64,000 nucleotides of DNA from Epiperipatus broadwayi (lineage: Eukaryota; Animalia; Onychophora). Below are positions 41,852 through 55,481 of the stretch, piece by piece. Position numbers and translations under genes: made by a program. The stretch lies in contig JAQFVV010000009.1 of assembly GCA_028023455.1 (NCBI GenBank), forward strand, positions 9,982,001-10,046,000, given 5' to 3'. The notes beneath the pieces were generated by a model. It searched no databases. It had not been told where the DNA came from and was given only the letters and a program-made list of their open reading frames with translations. Every line of letters begins with the position of its first letter. The stretch's first letter is position 1.

Positions 41852-43071
41852 CATCATCATCATCATCAATCCATTGAAGGATGAAGGTCTCTCCAAGTTC
41901 AATTCTTCTCCGATCTTTAGCTTCTCTTCTCCACATCACCCCTCTTATTTCATACATCCATTTTGCATGTGGTCTCTTTCTGGGTCTTTGGAAATCTCTT
42001 GGCACCCAGTTTAAGATTTCAATTGTCCATCTATTATCATCTTTTCTAGCAATATGTCCAGCCTAACTTCACTTCAGTCTTTTAGTTTTTTCAATGAGGT
42101 CAGTAACACCCGTTTGTTCTCTTACCCATATATTGCATTTTCAATCTCTTCTTGTTACTCCAAACATGCATCTCTCCATACTTCTTTGATTGGTTTGAAG
42201 TCTCTGTATTGCTCTTCTATTAAGTGTCCAAGTCTCAGATCCATAAGTAAGAACTGGTAAAACACATTTATTAAAAACCTTCCTTTTCAAACACATAGGT
42301 ATATTTTCTTTTAGTACCAAATTATTTCTACCAAAAGCACTCCAACTGTGTTTAATTCTATGATTAATTTCATCCATTATGTTTCCATCTGTATTAATAA
42401 TCTGACCAAGGTATTTGTAACTGTTAACTTCTTCTAACTCATCATAATTTTTATTTTCATATTTTGAGAAAATCCATTAAACATTATTGTATGCTTTTTA
42501 ACATTTAGCTTTAGTCCTACTTTCATCTGATAATTCCTGCAACATTTCCTGCAGCTCCAAAGCATTATTTGCAAAAACAACTACATCATCTGCAAAATCT
42601 AAATGCTTTAAATAATCTCTATTTACTTTCACTCCTTTTAGTTTCCCATTTTAATCCACAAAATACTTCTTGCAGCACTGCTGTAAAAAGTTTTGGAGAT
42701 ATGGAGTCATCCTGTCTTACACCCTTCTCAATGTTGACTTTCCTAGTATCATTATGTAATCTAGTTGTTGCTGTTGCATTTTTATAAATATTCTTTAAAA
42801 TATGACAATATTCTAGATCTATACCTTGATGATCCAATGCTTTAATCACTGAAGAAATGTTTATAGAATCAAATGCCTTTTCATAATCTACAAATCCAAA
42901 GCATAATGGCAAGTCATATTTATTTGTCCTTTCTATAACTTCTCTCAATACCTGGATATGATCTACTGTACTAAAGTCACTTTTAAATCCAACTTGTTCT
43001 CTTGGTTGGTGGAAATCCAATGTTCTCTGTAGACGAGTTGTAATTATTTTAGTAAAAGTTTTGGATAAAAC
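41852..43071 (-). mobile_element. 5'-truncated RTE-clade LINE, copy 1
   Basis: RT motifs FVDYEKAFDS, GVRQDDSISPKLF, FADD. C-terminal LTYGSETWT and WAGHIARK. (GAT)n tail at 41852-41867. Confidence 0.93.
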
Positions 43072-46000
43072 AATTGCAGTTTTAAAATGTGTTTCAACTC
43101 ACTGTGTAACCAAAACAACTGTAGACAGAAATGACTCTCCTCCCTTTATTTAATAAGCACCATGATGGGTAAACATAGTACTATAAGACAGGTTTATCAT
43201 CTCTATAGTAAGTGTCAATGTTATTCACTCCTAATTTATTATTATTGGATATTTTGCTGTCCACTACTAAAGTTTTAAGTTTTTCTCCTTTTAGATGTCG
43301 AATTATCACTTTAAAATCAGACTTACTTAATATCAATCACCAATAGCTAGACTAATTACAGATATAATTCTCATGAAAGTTGCAAGCCAGATTCATCTCT
43401 CAAAAATATAAAACTTTTAAATCTTGGAATTTAATTTGAAACTTTTATTCACTAGCAAATAATTATTACTGAACCAACATTCGTAATTAATAATATACAA
43501 GATAAAACTGCCATTAAACACCAAATTGCAGAGTATAGGCCTTTCTAACAGCCTCACAGAAAAATGCAGCTTTAAAAAAAAAAGCATTACTAAAAAGGTT
43601 TATTAACTAGTGGATGGCGAAAAAAAAAAAAAAAAAAATTATCAGTGGAACTTCAAAAACTTTCAAAGTTTTATCTGATCCAAACAATTTGAAAATATAT
43701 ATTATATATATTGCACCAATTTGGTTTAGATTTAAACATGGAATCATTATATTCCTAAAAAGAAAAAAAAAATATTGGTTTACTTTATTTTTCAATTGTT
43801 TTAAAAAAGATGAATAGTTTACAATATTAATAAATAATTATTGATAATCTATCACAATAAAAAATAACATTCACTAATTTTTAATTTTTCTTAACAGATA
43901 ATATATTAAATGATTCATTTAGTAGTATTTTTTTTATTTTATTGCATACATTTATCAAACAATACATGAATCTAAATAAACATAATAGTCAATTATTATT
44001 TAGAATGTATGCATCCATATGTATGTGTGTTGTGTTTATACAATTAATATAATGTGATATTACTTAAATTGGTATTAGAAAAAATTATAGAATATAGTAT
44101 ACTGCATAATAACTATAAAAGGTATATTTTATTTAAGATATGATTTTAAAGATGTGTTTTAATTTGCAGATTTATTTTGTATTTTTTTTTTTATTATTAT
44201 TACTTTTAAAACTGTTGACGTATTGCAAAGTTAAGAAACATTTTTATTTCATGAATGCTGAAATATTTCATGAACTTTTTATCAAGCAAAATTTAACTCT
44301 TTATAAATAGACAATAGCAACGAACTATATTTGAGTAAAACCATAGAAATAATATCTAAGATTAATGAATTAAATGTTTCACCATTAGGGAAAAGGTATA
44401 CAAAGCACCTGATTTTAGATTAGGACTCTCTCTCTCTCTCTCTTAATGTGCCTTTCAGTAAGTCAAGGCTTTATATATAATATTAATATCTGGATTTTAC
44501 TATAAAAATGAACGGCTAGGCAAAAAAAAAAAACCTTTTGCTTCGAAAGACTTATCTTTTGAGAGATCTGGTAACATCTTAGAATAAAACAATGCATTAC
44601 TAATGCCACAGGAATATAGGAATTCATGGGATATTCTTGGTGCTACAATGTATATTTGCAATAAAATAACTATAGATTGAATTATTATAGAATACCAAAG
44701 GATTAAATAGTGCTATTATTCATATAAAAATGGAAATATTAATGTCTCAATGTTTACTGTGAAATATTTTATTTAAAATGTATACTTTATTCAAGTGAAT
44801 AAAAAATTGTTTTGAACAATGTAACTGAAATATGAATGAACTTCAAATACACTGCTTATTTAATATTCTTCATACTATAAAAAAATACTAATAATAATCA
44901 GAGCTCAGGACTTATGAATTTTAATTTTATAATATTTCTACGAGTATTGTTTTGTTGATATATATTAATAAATATGCCTTTAAATGGAGTTTTAGCTAAG
45001 AAATATCGGATGATTCGTGTAAGGATTAACCAGATCATATGTAGTCATTACATATTTAGTTACTGAAAAATGTGTGTGTCTATACTATATGAAATATAAA
45101 CTAAGCAAAAAGAAAATTTAGATTATTTTTAATTAAAATTTAAATATAGTATCTTTCTTAATATTAATTTTATACAAAATTTCATAGTATGTTTGTTTTC
45201 ATTATTTTTATATATTTGAAAAGCAATAGATTTTAAATATAAGTATTTATGAATTATATTTAGGACAGTGTATACTCCATATGCCTTGATAATAGAATAA
45301 TTTTGTACTTACACTGAAAACCATGCAACAAACTAAACATTCAGTTAATTTTTTTTATATATTTTTTAAGAGTTTATTTATAAATACTTATACAAACGTA
45401 TAATATTCTTTCTGGATTAATAGTGTATTGTTTTTCACAACATCTGCTAGATAACACAAATAAGAAATTTATACAACATATGCAATCATGCCACTGATAA
45501 TTACTTCATAATCAAATATGATAATCAAGATTATTTCATTCATTTATTAACTTATATATTTTATTATTTATTTATTATGTTTCTTATACTAATAAATTTT
45601 TATTTTTTATTAATTAAAATTGGATTTTATGTTTATTCAGTCTATTGATTACATTATACTTTAATATCAACTTAAAGAGTCTTTTCATATTTTATTTTCA
45701 TATTAAATATCTAACTAGCCAAAATATTGAATAAACATTTACATACTTTAATAATTTATTGTATTATTTTATAGTATTATGTAAAGAATGTTATTTATGT
45801 AAAATAACGTATTCCATTTCATAAAATTTAGTGCCTATTATACCCTTAATTATAACTATAAATACTAGCATTATTATCAAAATATAAAAATAGAAATAGT
45901 TCATTCATGATTGGGCAATATATATATATTAAATTTAAGATATAATTCAGTCAGAAAATTTAAAATATCAAGAAAAACAATAAAATAAAACAAAATTTTG

Positions 46001-46848
46001 AATATTATTAAATTATTACTTTCCAGTTTTAGTAACTTAAAATTCTGATTAAAAACTCTTACCAATAACACTTACTAATAAATAAAATAAAATAAATATT
46101 AAAATTCATAATATTTTTGTCCCCAAGTATTTATTACAAATAACTTCAATAAATTATAATTGAAAGTGCAAATTTATGTAGAGGGCAACACAGACGCAGA
46201 TATATTTTCATGCATATATAGCTAACTTCATTTTTTCATCTTTTAAAAAAATAATGGTAAAATAATGCATAGGTGCTTATATTATACAAGTTATCAAAGG
46301 GAATTTTAAAACTTACTATGAAAAGTGTATCATAATTCTAAACATTATAACTTTCTTACCTTTATTGACTAAAAATTGTTGGGCAAAATCATTATAAAAA
46401 AAAACTAATTATAATAAAAATTTGGCAAAAATTAATTTTTCCAATATAAAAATGATATTTATTACAGAAAAACTTATTTCAAAATCAGAAACATAGGATC
46501 AACAGCATATATAATATAGGTAAGCATTATTTCCATTAAAGTTAAACAAAACAAAAAACAACAACAATGAAATAAAATGTTTACAATAAAATGGGATAAG
46601 CAGTTATTAATTTTAAGCAGTTTAGCAATTCAATGACTAAACAAAATTGATACTAAAAGAGATCAAAACCCATGAAGTGGCAAAGTAATACTATTTAATT
46701 TTAATAACTGAAACACAGGCTTATTATATACCTGTCTATATATATATATGTAATATAGGGTATATGAGCACAGACTTTCACATGACCCACCACTCTCCAC
46801 TCTATCTAATAACACTGATACACCTAAATATTGAAAAGATAAATAATC

Positions 46849-46892
46849 ACCAATATACGTATTTCATGCTAAACCAGCAATCATCAGTTGGT
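46849..46892 (-). ncRNA. Minimal type-I hammerhead ribozyme motif (family C), intact copy
   Basis: ACCAA-CUGAUGA-U-UGCU-GGUUU-AGCA-U-GAAA-UACGUA-UA^UUGGU. Core intact, 5-bp stem I, 4-bp stem II, palindromic stem III AUACGUAU. Confidence 0.78.
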
Positions 46893-47269
46893 CAAAATTA
46901 TCATCTCTACACATATATACTATAAGTGCTCATATATATATTAAGATAGACAATCCTCATACTTTAATAGACAGGCTTCAATCTACTCCACCCTCCAACT
47001 CTTCAACCGTCCATCCAATTGAAAATCTGATGATGGAATGCTCAAAGGGCACCCTGAGGCCGAGATTCTTGTCACACCCATGTTGACCTAAAGTAAATCT
47101 GAACCCCACATGGCCTATGAGCATTCCATCATCAGATTTTCAATTGGATGGATGGTTGAAGAGTTGGAGTGTGGAGTAGATTGAAGCCCGTCCATTAAAG
47201 TATGAGGATTGTCTATCTTAATATATATCTGAGCACTTATAGTATATATGTGTAGAGATGATAATCTGG

Positions 47270-47313
47270 ACCAACTGATGATTGTTTGTTTAGCATGAAA
47301 TACATATATTGGT
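47270..47313 (+). ncRNA. Hammerhead motif (family C), slightly mutated copy
   Basis: Same motif with stem II UGUU/AGCA (G.U wobble) and stem III palindrome changed by CpG decay (ATACATAT). Confidence 0.65.
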
Positions 47314-47730
47314 GATTATTTATCTTTTCAATATATATGTGTTTAGGTGTATCAGTGTTATTAGAGTGGAGAGTGGTGGGTCATGTGAAAGTCTGTGCTC
47401 ATATACCCTATATTACATATATATAAACACAGGTATATAATAAACCTGTGTTTCAGTTATTACATTGTAGAGATGTCTGCCCATCCTTGCATATGTATTT
47501 AATGGATTATGTCCTGTACATGTGGAGACAGATTGACTTTAGGTCAACATGGGTATGACAAGAATCTCAGCCTCAGGGTGGCCTTTGAGCATTCCATCAT
47601 CAGATTTTCAATTGAATGGATCGTTGAAGAGTTGGAGTAGATTGAAGCTTGTCCATTAAAATATGAGGATTGTCTATCTTAATATATATCTGAGCACTTA
47701 TAGTATATATGTGTAGAGATGATAATCTGG

Positions 47731-47774
47731 ACCAACTGATGATTGCTGGTTTAGCATGAAATACGTATATTGGT
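47731..47774 (+). ncRNA. Minimal type-I hammerhead ribozyme motif (family C), intact copy
   Basis: accaa CTGATGA t tgct ggttt agca t GAAA tacgta TA ttggt read directly on the + strand. Confidence 0.78.
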
Positions 47775-50700
47775 GATTATTTATCTTTTCAATATATATA
47801 TGTTTAGGTGTATCAGTCTTATTAGATAGAATGGAGAGTGGTGGGTCATGTGAAAGTCTGTGCTCATATACCCTACATTATTTAATTTTAATTAATATAT
47901 TACTAAGCAGTAGTACTTTTAAAATTTTCATAACTCATTATTATTATTACTACTACTGAGTAATTATCATTATATAAAAATAAAATCAAGAAATGAATAG
48001 AAAGCAAGACTTCTAGATTAGTGTAATCATCAACTTATATTTTAATACTTTTTTAGTTTGGTTTTTATTAATTCTAAAAAGCAATGAGAAAACCTCATGA
48101 ATTTGAAGAATTCTTAATTTTCATTTCTCTTGAAGAATAAACTGTGCTGTGATAAATATTGCAAACTTATATTGATAAGAATCATTACTACATAATTATA
48201 AAAGCTACATGCCTTCAACATTATCTAACACCCATATATATACATACACAGACATTTTCAAAATTTAAGGTTATTCTAAATTGCATGCCAGTTTTTCCCT
48301 TTCCAAATGCAAATTATAGTATTATTAAAAACATTTTAAAAAGCTTTTTCCTTTTTTACCAACATGCAATAACAATTTTTTTTTTTTTTATAAATAGTTC
48401 TAATAAAATAAAATCTCTAAGCCACATACTATTAGAAGTCATTACAAAATATTTGACTTCCTTTATTTAATTTTTTTTTTTTTTTAAAAAAAAAGGAAAA
48501 TAATTTTATAGAGTACAGTTTTTTTCCCAATTTGATAAACCTGCCTGGTTAGGTTTCAAAGTGAATGTGTAGATGATTTATTAATTTGAATTAAAATTAT
48601 TTTCAATTTGAAGTGCTGACAATCATGCAAATTTTCATGTTTACATGCACTTCTTTCAATATCCATTACTTCCGAATAGCATAAATAAAAAAGAAATAAT
48701 AAAAATCAGACTTATTATCACTTGCATGCACTATTTAAAAAAAAAAAAAAATCGATGACATCCCACAAGCAAATAACACTTTTTCAAAGAGTTAACACAT
48801 ATTAGAGATTATAATAATGAGCCAAAATAATATTTTAGTAAGATTTTTTTTTTTTTAAAGTCAGCATTTTATATAATACAAAACAAAATTAATATCTTCT
48901 AGAAACAAAATATTTATTAAAAACTGCACTAAATTGTAATAAAGGCTTTGCAAATGATACCAAACCACCACAAGTAAAAACTTAATGTTATCTTGTGGAC
49001 ATAGTTTTTACTGCCTAGTTATTCCCTTCTGTACTTTTGGGAGAACTTAGTATTCAGAATATGCCATATTAATTATTAGCAAAAAAACACATTACAAAAA
49101 TAAGCATATCACTTTAGGGATTTTAAAAACACTATCCTAATGATCACAGAATTCACAGCACATTTTTATATAAAAAATATATTCTGTCCAAGTAAAATAA
49201 TTAGTTGATTAATATAAATACTTTATAGATACCTTCCTTAAATATATTATTAAAGGCTCTACATAAAAAATTTGGTTTACAGTAAAGATAAGTCATGGGT
49301 CTATCATGATCTGAATGTGTATGATACCTCCCCTTCAATAATGATTGAAAGTTATAACTTTTTTTTTTATGGTCTGTACATTAACACACATCTGACTAGT
49401 CCAAATTAATATGGTCCTTTTCTCCTCGAACTAAAAATAGCTAATCCGTATATAACAAATAATTTTACATAACTAATTAAATTGGCTATCTGGAAAAATT
49501 TCCAAACTCAAAGTAGATTTGAACCCCAAGTTAATGAATAATGTATTAAAACATTATACTCAAGACTCTTTACAAATGTATTTGTTTTTGAAATTTACCT
49601 TACCTTTTGTGTATCAGTAAATTATGTCCGATATTACCATAACATTTTTAACTAATTTCACATCTACAGAAAGATGGGGCTTCAAAACAATTAAACTATT
49701 GTCTTGATAAACATATTTGCAAAAAAGATAGTGGAGCAGTGCAATTCTTTGTTATGATTTTATTTCTATCTGATGGAGGCAGACTGCATTGTCATCTATT
49801 ATCCACTGACTAATCTTCATGTATTAGGCTGTGGATGAGGTTAGGTGTCACTACTGAACAGAAAAATGATAATGTATATATTTAATAAATAGAAATGATT
49901 TCCAAATGAAAAATTTGTGTATATATACACACAAATATATACAAGATAGCTTAAAGTTCACATGCAATTTCGAATGTAACCAAAATAAAACAATATGAAA
50001 CTAGTAGTGTGAATGAATCATTAAGATCTGCAACAATATAATTAACTATCAGAAGAACTGGATACAATGAATTAATATAATTTTAAACATGTAAGTACTA
50101 AATCTCAATAGAATATTAGTAATTTTTCATCTTTTTTTAATGTCTTTAAAGAGGGGGAAGGGCTACGAATTAAAAAAGTTTCAGTTTCCTATTCCATTCT
50201 TAAAAATGAAAATAAATCATTAAGCACAATGTCTGGGAGTATACAATCCTTTTTGTATTTTTCCCCTTAAATCATTATACTAACATTCATCTGAATGATG
50301 GAGATTATCTGGGACTTCCTTTTACTCTCTGCATAAATTTAGTTGCCTATCTATTTCTCAACTAAAACTGGATGTCGGAATTTGTGGAATTGCTATCTGA
50401 AAATTTTTCAACTAACTAGAAATATCTCCAAGAATCACAACTCAAGAGCATGGCAGGAGACCATACTATTAGATAAAGCAGAGCTTAGATGATGTAGATG
50501 GATCAATATTTTTAATAGATTTTAATTCTGACAGAACATTTGCATAACGTTTGTTAAGGCTTTTGTGTATTTTTTTTTTTCAAGTAAAAAGAGTAGGAAT
50601 AACTATAGATATTTTCAAACTGTTTAGGATAAGGGTTTACAAGCATTAAATTATTTATATCATTTTAATATAATTGTTATAAAATATAATTTTATATGGT

Positions 50701-52678
50701 TGTCTCTCTATAGATTTCAAAATCAATGCGAAGATAATCACAAAGTTTAGAGATTAGGTTGTGTGGATTGATTTTACACTAGTATTTATTGAAATACTCT
50801 GATTTTCGTTAAATATGAATTGGTGTTTGTATATATAATTCTATTTAAAAACATAAAATTATAAAAATATGATAAGTCATTTTTCATTTACATTGTTAAA
50901 TTTGAAATATTATTGATTAATAAAACTGAAATTACAATAACACATATACTTTTTTTACATTATAAACCTCAAAGATTTTTGGCTACAAACATAATTTTAT
51001 TTAGCTGTATAACTTGTATTTTTCTATTGTCATAATTTTCATTCATCCTCCTTGAAGGTGATATCCATTTTCTTTTGCCCATCCATTTAATCTTGAATCT
51101 CTCATTTAATTATCTTCTTAGCATCTATTGTTTTTTTATCCAGACATTTACATTTGCAATGGAAGATATTTATCCAAAATATAGCTCACAAATTGATTCA
51201 ATCACAGTAAAAAATGATAAGCACATTATTCTGTTAAGCATGAGCAAAACGTTTAAAGGTCCAAAATTATTCCCAAATTTCAACTATCACTATAAATCAT
51301 AGCTACATATATATTAAAAAAACAAAAACAAATGCCCATTCACAACTGAGCTACTTCTATTAAGAAGATAAAAAACTTTGACTTATTTTTATTAATAGAT
51401 TTTAAAATTTTATTCAATGTGTAATATCTAATAGCATACAGGAAGGTTACTTATTCCTTTTTCAATAAGATAATATGTAATATACTGCTCTTTTCCATGA
51501 AATTAAATTTTTAAGATTCTTAAATAAACAATGTGTGACAATACATTTTAGCTTTTCATAAAGAAAGAGTAGGTTAAAAATTATTTTTTTATAATTATAT
51601 ATTGTGTACAATATATAATTTCTTACCTTTGCTTGTTTGCAATTCTCTGTTATAATTTAAATTATAAAGTTTAATCATCTTCAAAGACAAAATGCACAAA
51701 ATTCATCTATGCTGCTGCTATTGTTTTGACTTCACAAGAGATTCTCTCTTGAAATAGAAAAATCTCTCAATAAGGATAGTAGATTGTAAATCTTTTTCAA
51801 GACTGGGATCTTAATCTAATGAAGATAGTATGCTCAATATAATCTGAGTATAGCCTTTTTACAATAATAGATTGAAAAACAATCTTGCATGATACAATTT
51901 AGGAATTACCTTGAACTGCAGCTTAATATATTTTCTTCATTTATCTAAGATCAGATCTAATATTAGAAGAAAACCTCCTAGGAAAGTTGAATGGCATTAC
52001 TTTGATTTCTGATGCAAGTAGTCTATGACCAACTTCTTTAACAATATATTCTACTGGTAAATATTATTCTCCTGTTTTTAAAAAAAAAACAAAACAAACT
52101 TTTAGATACTGAATTAAATACCATAAGAATTATCATTAGCATACACATGCAAGTCTTCATTAGTAGTGGCTTCCTCTTCTTTACATATTCCCCCACAAGA
52201 TATAAGAAAATGCCTCACAGAAAATGTATACAAAGCTGTTAAGTGAATCCTATTTGCAAATAACTCAAAATAGTTTCATTACCCGAACTCCTCTATCTGG
52301 ATGATCAACGAAGAATCTACAACAAAAGAATTATGATATAAAAGAATTCTTATGAGATTCTAAACAAATTTCTTTTTCTACATCCAACAGTAAAGACAAC
52401 TGGATTTAGTCTTTCGGGAAGTAAATGGAGTCTGTCTCATCAGTATATTCAAGATAATTCATAGCCATTATGCTCATCTGCTTCATAAATGTAATGGTGA
52501 TGTGAACAAATACAAACCATGAAACCATGTAGTTAAAGACTGTCAAATCTATGGTTGTAGTGACAGAATTAAAAAACTTAACAAATGCACTAAGAATCTA
52601 TTTCTTGGTTGGAATCTCTATTAAAAAGTTTCTTTATAGTTTTTTTTTGTTAACAGTTAAACATTCTAATATATATAT

Positions 52679-55115
52679 ATCATCATTGTCAAACAATTAT
52701 TGATCCACCACAGGATTAAGGTCTCTCCAAGTTCAATCCATCTTCTCTGATCTCTAGCCTCTCTTCTCCAAATCATTCCTGCACATTTTCTTATTTTATC
52801 CATCTCAGATGTGGTCTCTTTCTAGATCTTTTACAATCTCTTAGAATCCAGTTTAAGATTTCAATTGTCCATCTATTATCATCTCTTCTAGCAATATGTC
52901 CAGCCCAACTCCACTTCAGCCTTTTAATTCTTTCAATGATGTTAGTAATACCTGTTTGTTCTCTTACCCATATATTATGTTTTCGATCCCTTCTTGTTAC
53001 TCCTAATATGCATATCTCCATACTTCTTTGAGTGATCTGAAGTCTCTGAATTGCTCTTCTATTAAGTGTCCAAGTCTCAGATCCATAAATAAGAACTGGT
53101 AAAACACATTTATTAAAAACCTTCCTTTTCAAACACATAGGCATATTTCATTTTATAATTAAATTATTATTTCTGCCAAAAGCACTCCAATCAAGTTTAA
53201 TTCTATGATTAATTTTATCCATTATGTTTCCAATTGTAGTAAAAATCTGACCAAGGTATTTGTAGTTGTTAACTTCTAACTCATTTTCATCTTTTGAGAA
53301 AATCCATTGAACATTACTTTAGTCTTCTTAACATTTACCATTAGTCCTACTTTCATTTGATAACTCCTGCAACATATCATCTGCAAAATCTAATGACTTA
53401 AATAATCTCCATTTAATTTTACTCTTTTAGCTTCCCATTTTAATCCAAAAAACACTTCTTGCAGCACTGCTATAATAAGTTTTGGAGATTATGGAGTCAT
53501 ATTATCTTACACCCTTCTCAATGTTAACCTTCCTAGTACCATTATGTAATGTAATTGTTGCATTTTTATAAATATTCTTCAGAATATGACAATATTCTGG
53601 GTCTATATCTTGATGATCCAATGCTTTAATCATTGAAAAAATGTTTATAGAATCGAATGCCTTTTCGTAATCTACAAATCCAAAGCATAATGGCAACTCA
53701 TATTCATTGGTCCTTTCTATAACTTCACTCAATACTTAGATATGATCTGATGTACTAAAACCACTTTTAAATCCAGCTTGCAGTCTTGGTTGGTTGAAAT
53801 CCAATGTTCTCTGTAGACGAATTGTAATTATCTTAGTAAAAATTTTGTATAAAACTGATAAAAGGCTGATAGGTCTGTAATTTCTAATTACTTCTTTATC
53901 ACCTTTTAAAAATATTAATACTGCATTCTTCCAATCATTTGGTATATCTTTATCATTTAGATACTTGGTATATAACTTTGCCAAAATTCTTTCTATTTCT
54001 TCACTTGCTTCTTTTAATATATCAATTATAATTCCATCATTACTTGGAGCTTTTCCTTTCTTCATAGATCTAATTGCATGTTTCACTTCTTCATTTGAGT
54101 TCCATCTTTTTTTCTTATTGCGGATATAAGTTTCCTACCAATACCAAAATGTTGTTTTACAATCACGAGACTTTTATTCTCTTCTACTGACTTCCTTATC
54201 ATTATTAAATTTTTCGTATCATTTTTCAAAATTCGAGATATTCAATCCTTTTTAATGCATTGTTTTTATATATCTTCATATTCCTTCTTTTCTTCATTAA
54301 TTCTCTAGTCTCAGTGAAAATTTTATTGGTCAATTGTGACTTTCTTCTACCAGCTATCTTTGTTGCAGTTTTTAAAAGTGCATCAGTTATTTTCTTATTA
54401 TTTTCATTCAAATCTGAATCATATTCAAAATCTACTAATATCTGAAACCTATTTGCAAGTTCTAATTTAAATTCATTAGTATGTTTCTGAAGATTAGGAA
54501 TATCAACTGTAAATATTGTTTTTCTTAGTAATTTTTGTCTCTCTAATTTTGCATTAACATGTATCTTATATCTTACTAATTGATGATCTCTTTTTGTGTT
54601 GAATTTATTAACATTATAATCTTGAAATATGTATTTTCTGTTAGTCAAAATATAATACAATTCTGCTGCAATTTGGATGTTTCCATGTCCATTTCCTTTT
54701 AACATTTTTCACAAAAAAAGAATTCATAATATAAAGTTTTTCTTTTCTGTAAACTTCAAAAGTCTATATCCTCTCTCATTTCTATTACCACAACCAAATT
54801 TACCTATAACACTTTCATCTTTCATTTGTTTACCAATTCTAGCATTAAAATCTCCCATAACAATTTTAAAATGTTGTTTAGTCTGATCAAAAATCTTTGG
54901 TACATCCATATAAAAACCTTCTACTACTTCATCACTATGAGAACTTGTTGGGGCATAAACCTGAATTATCTGCATTTGGTATCTGCTATTAAGTTGAATA
55001 ACTTTCTTGCCACTCTGTCCAATGTACCATCAATCTCCACAATGTTATTCCACTTTTTATTTATAATGAATCCTATTCCACTTGTACTTCCAATATTTGT
55101 GCCTTTGTAATAGTG
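52679..55115 (-). mobile_element. RTE-clade LINE, copy 2 (APE + RT, 5'-truncated, internal deletions)
   Basis: QIIQVYAPTS, VMGDFNA, NYRPISLLSVLYKIF, FVDYEKAFDS, YGSETWT..WAGHIARR. Closely matches copy 1 over its 3' ~1.2 kb. Possible TSD TATATATAT (52672-52680, 55116-55124). Confidence 0.93.
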
Positions 55116-55176
55116 TATATATATTTATAATGATAATAGAGAGCTTTATCTCGATTAATGTAAATGCATATATGCA

Positions 55177-55481
55177 GACTGTAAAGAGAGAGTGGGTGTG
55201 TATATATATGATTTGTGTTAGTTTACAAACACCCAAACATATTCTATATTTTTCAAACATTTCTCGACAACTGGTTATCCTTTTGTTCCCACCTCCGTGA
55301 CTCAAAGTGAAAAATTAAGGAGGCATGACATGTATCAAGTAACAAGCACACCATCAATAGAAAGGAATCTTGCATTTCCATCTCAAAGAAATGGCTTATT
55401 CACAATACATAGCATTCATAAGTAAATTTGCATAAACTAACACAAATCATCTATTTATACACCCACTCTCTTTTTACAGTC
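55177..55481. repeat. Inverted repeat pair (~50-bp arms, ~205-bp spacer), unclassified
   Basis: GACTGTAAAGAGAGAGTGGGTGTGTATATATATGATTTGTGTTAGTTTA (55177-55226) is complementary to 55433-55481. Confidence 0.8.

Larger units (their letters stand above)
46702..47878. repeat. Family C composite: antisense arm (46702-~47100), sense arm (47118-47462), second sense arm (~47463-47878)
   Basis: About 340-bp near-perfect stem 46702-47044 / 47118-47462. 47528-47878 repeats the sense arm and also complements the loop. The 14-bp direct repeat TATTTAATTTTAAT flanks the whole (46692-46705, 47879-47892). Confidence 0.93.

Noticed and set aside
47027-47075. CTGATGATGGAATGCTC as a second hammerhead in family C
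   Set aside because: No GAAA at a suitable distance and no stem I or stem III can be formed.
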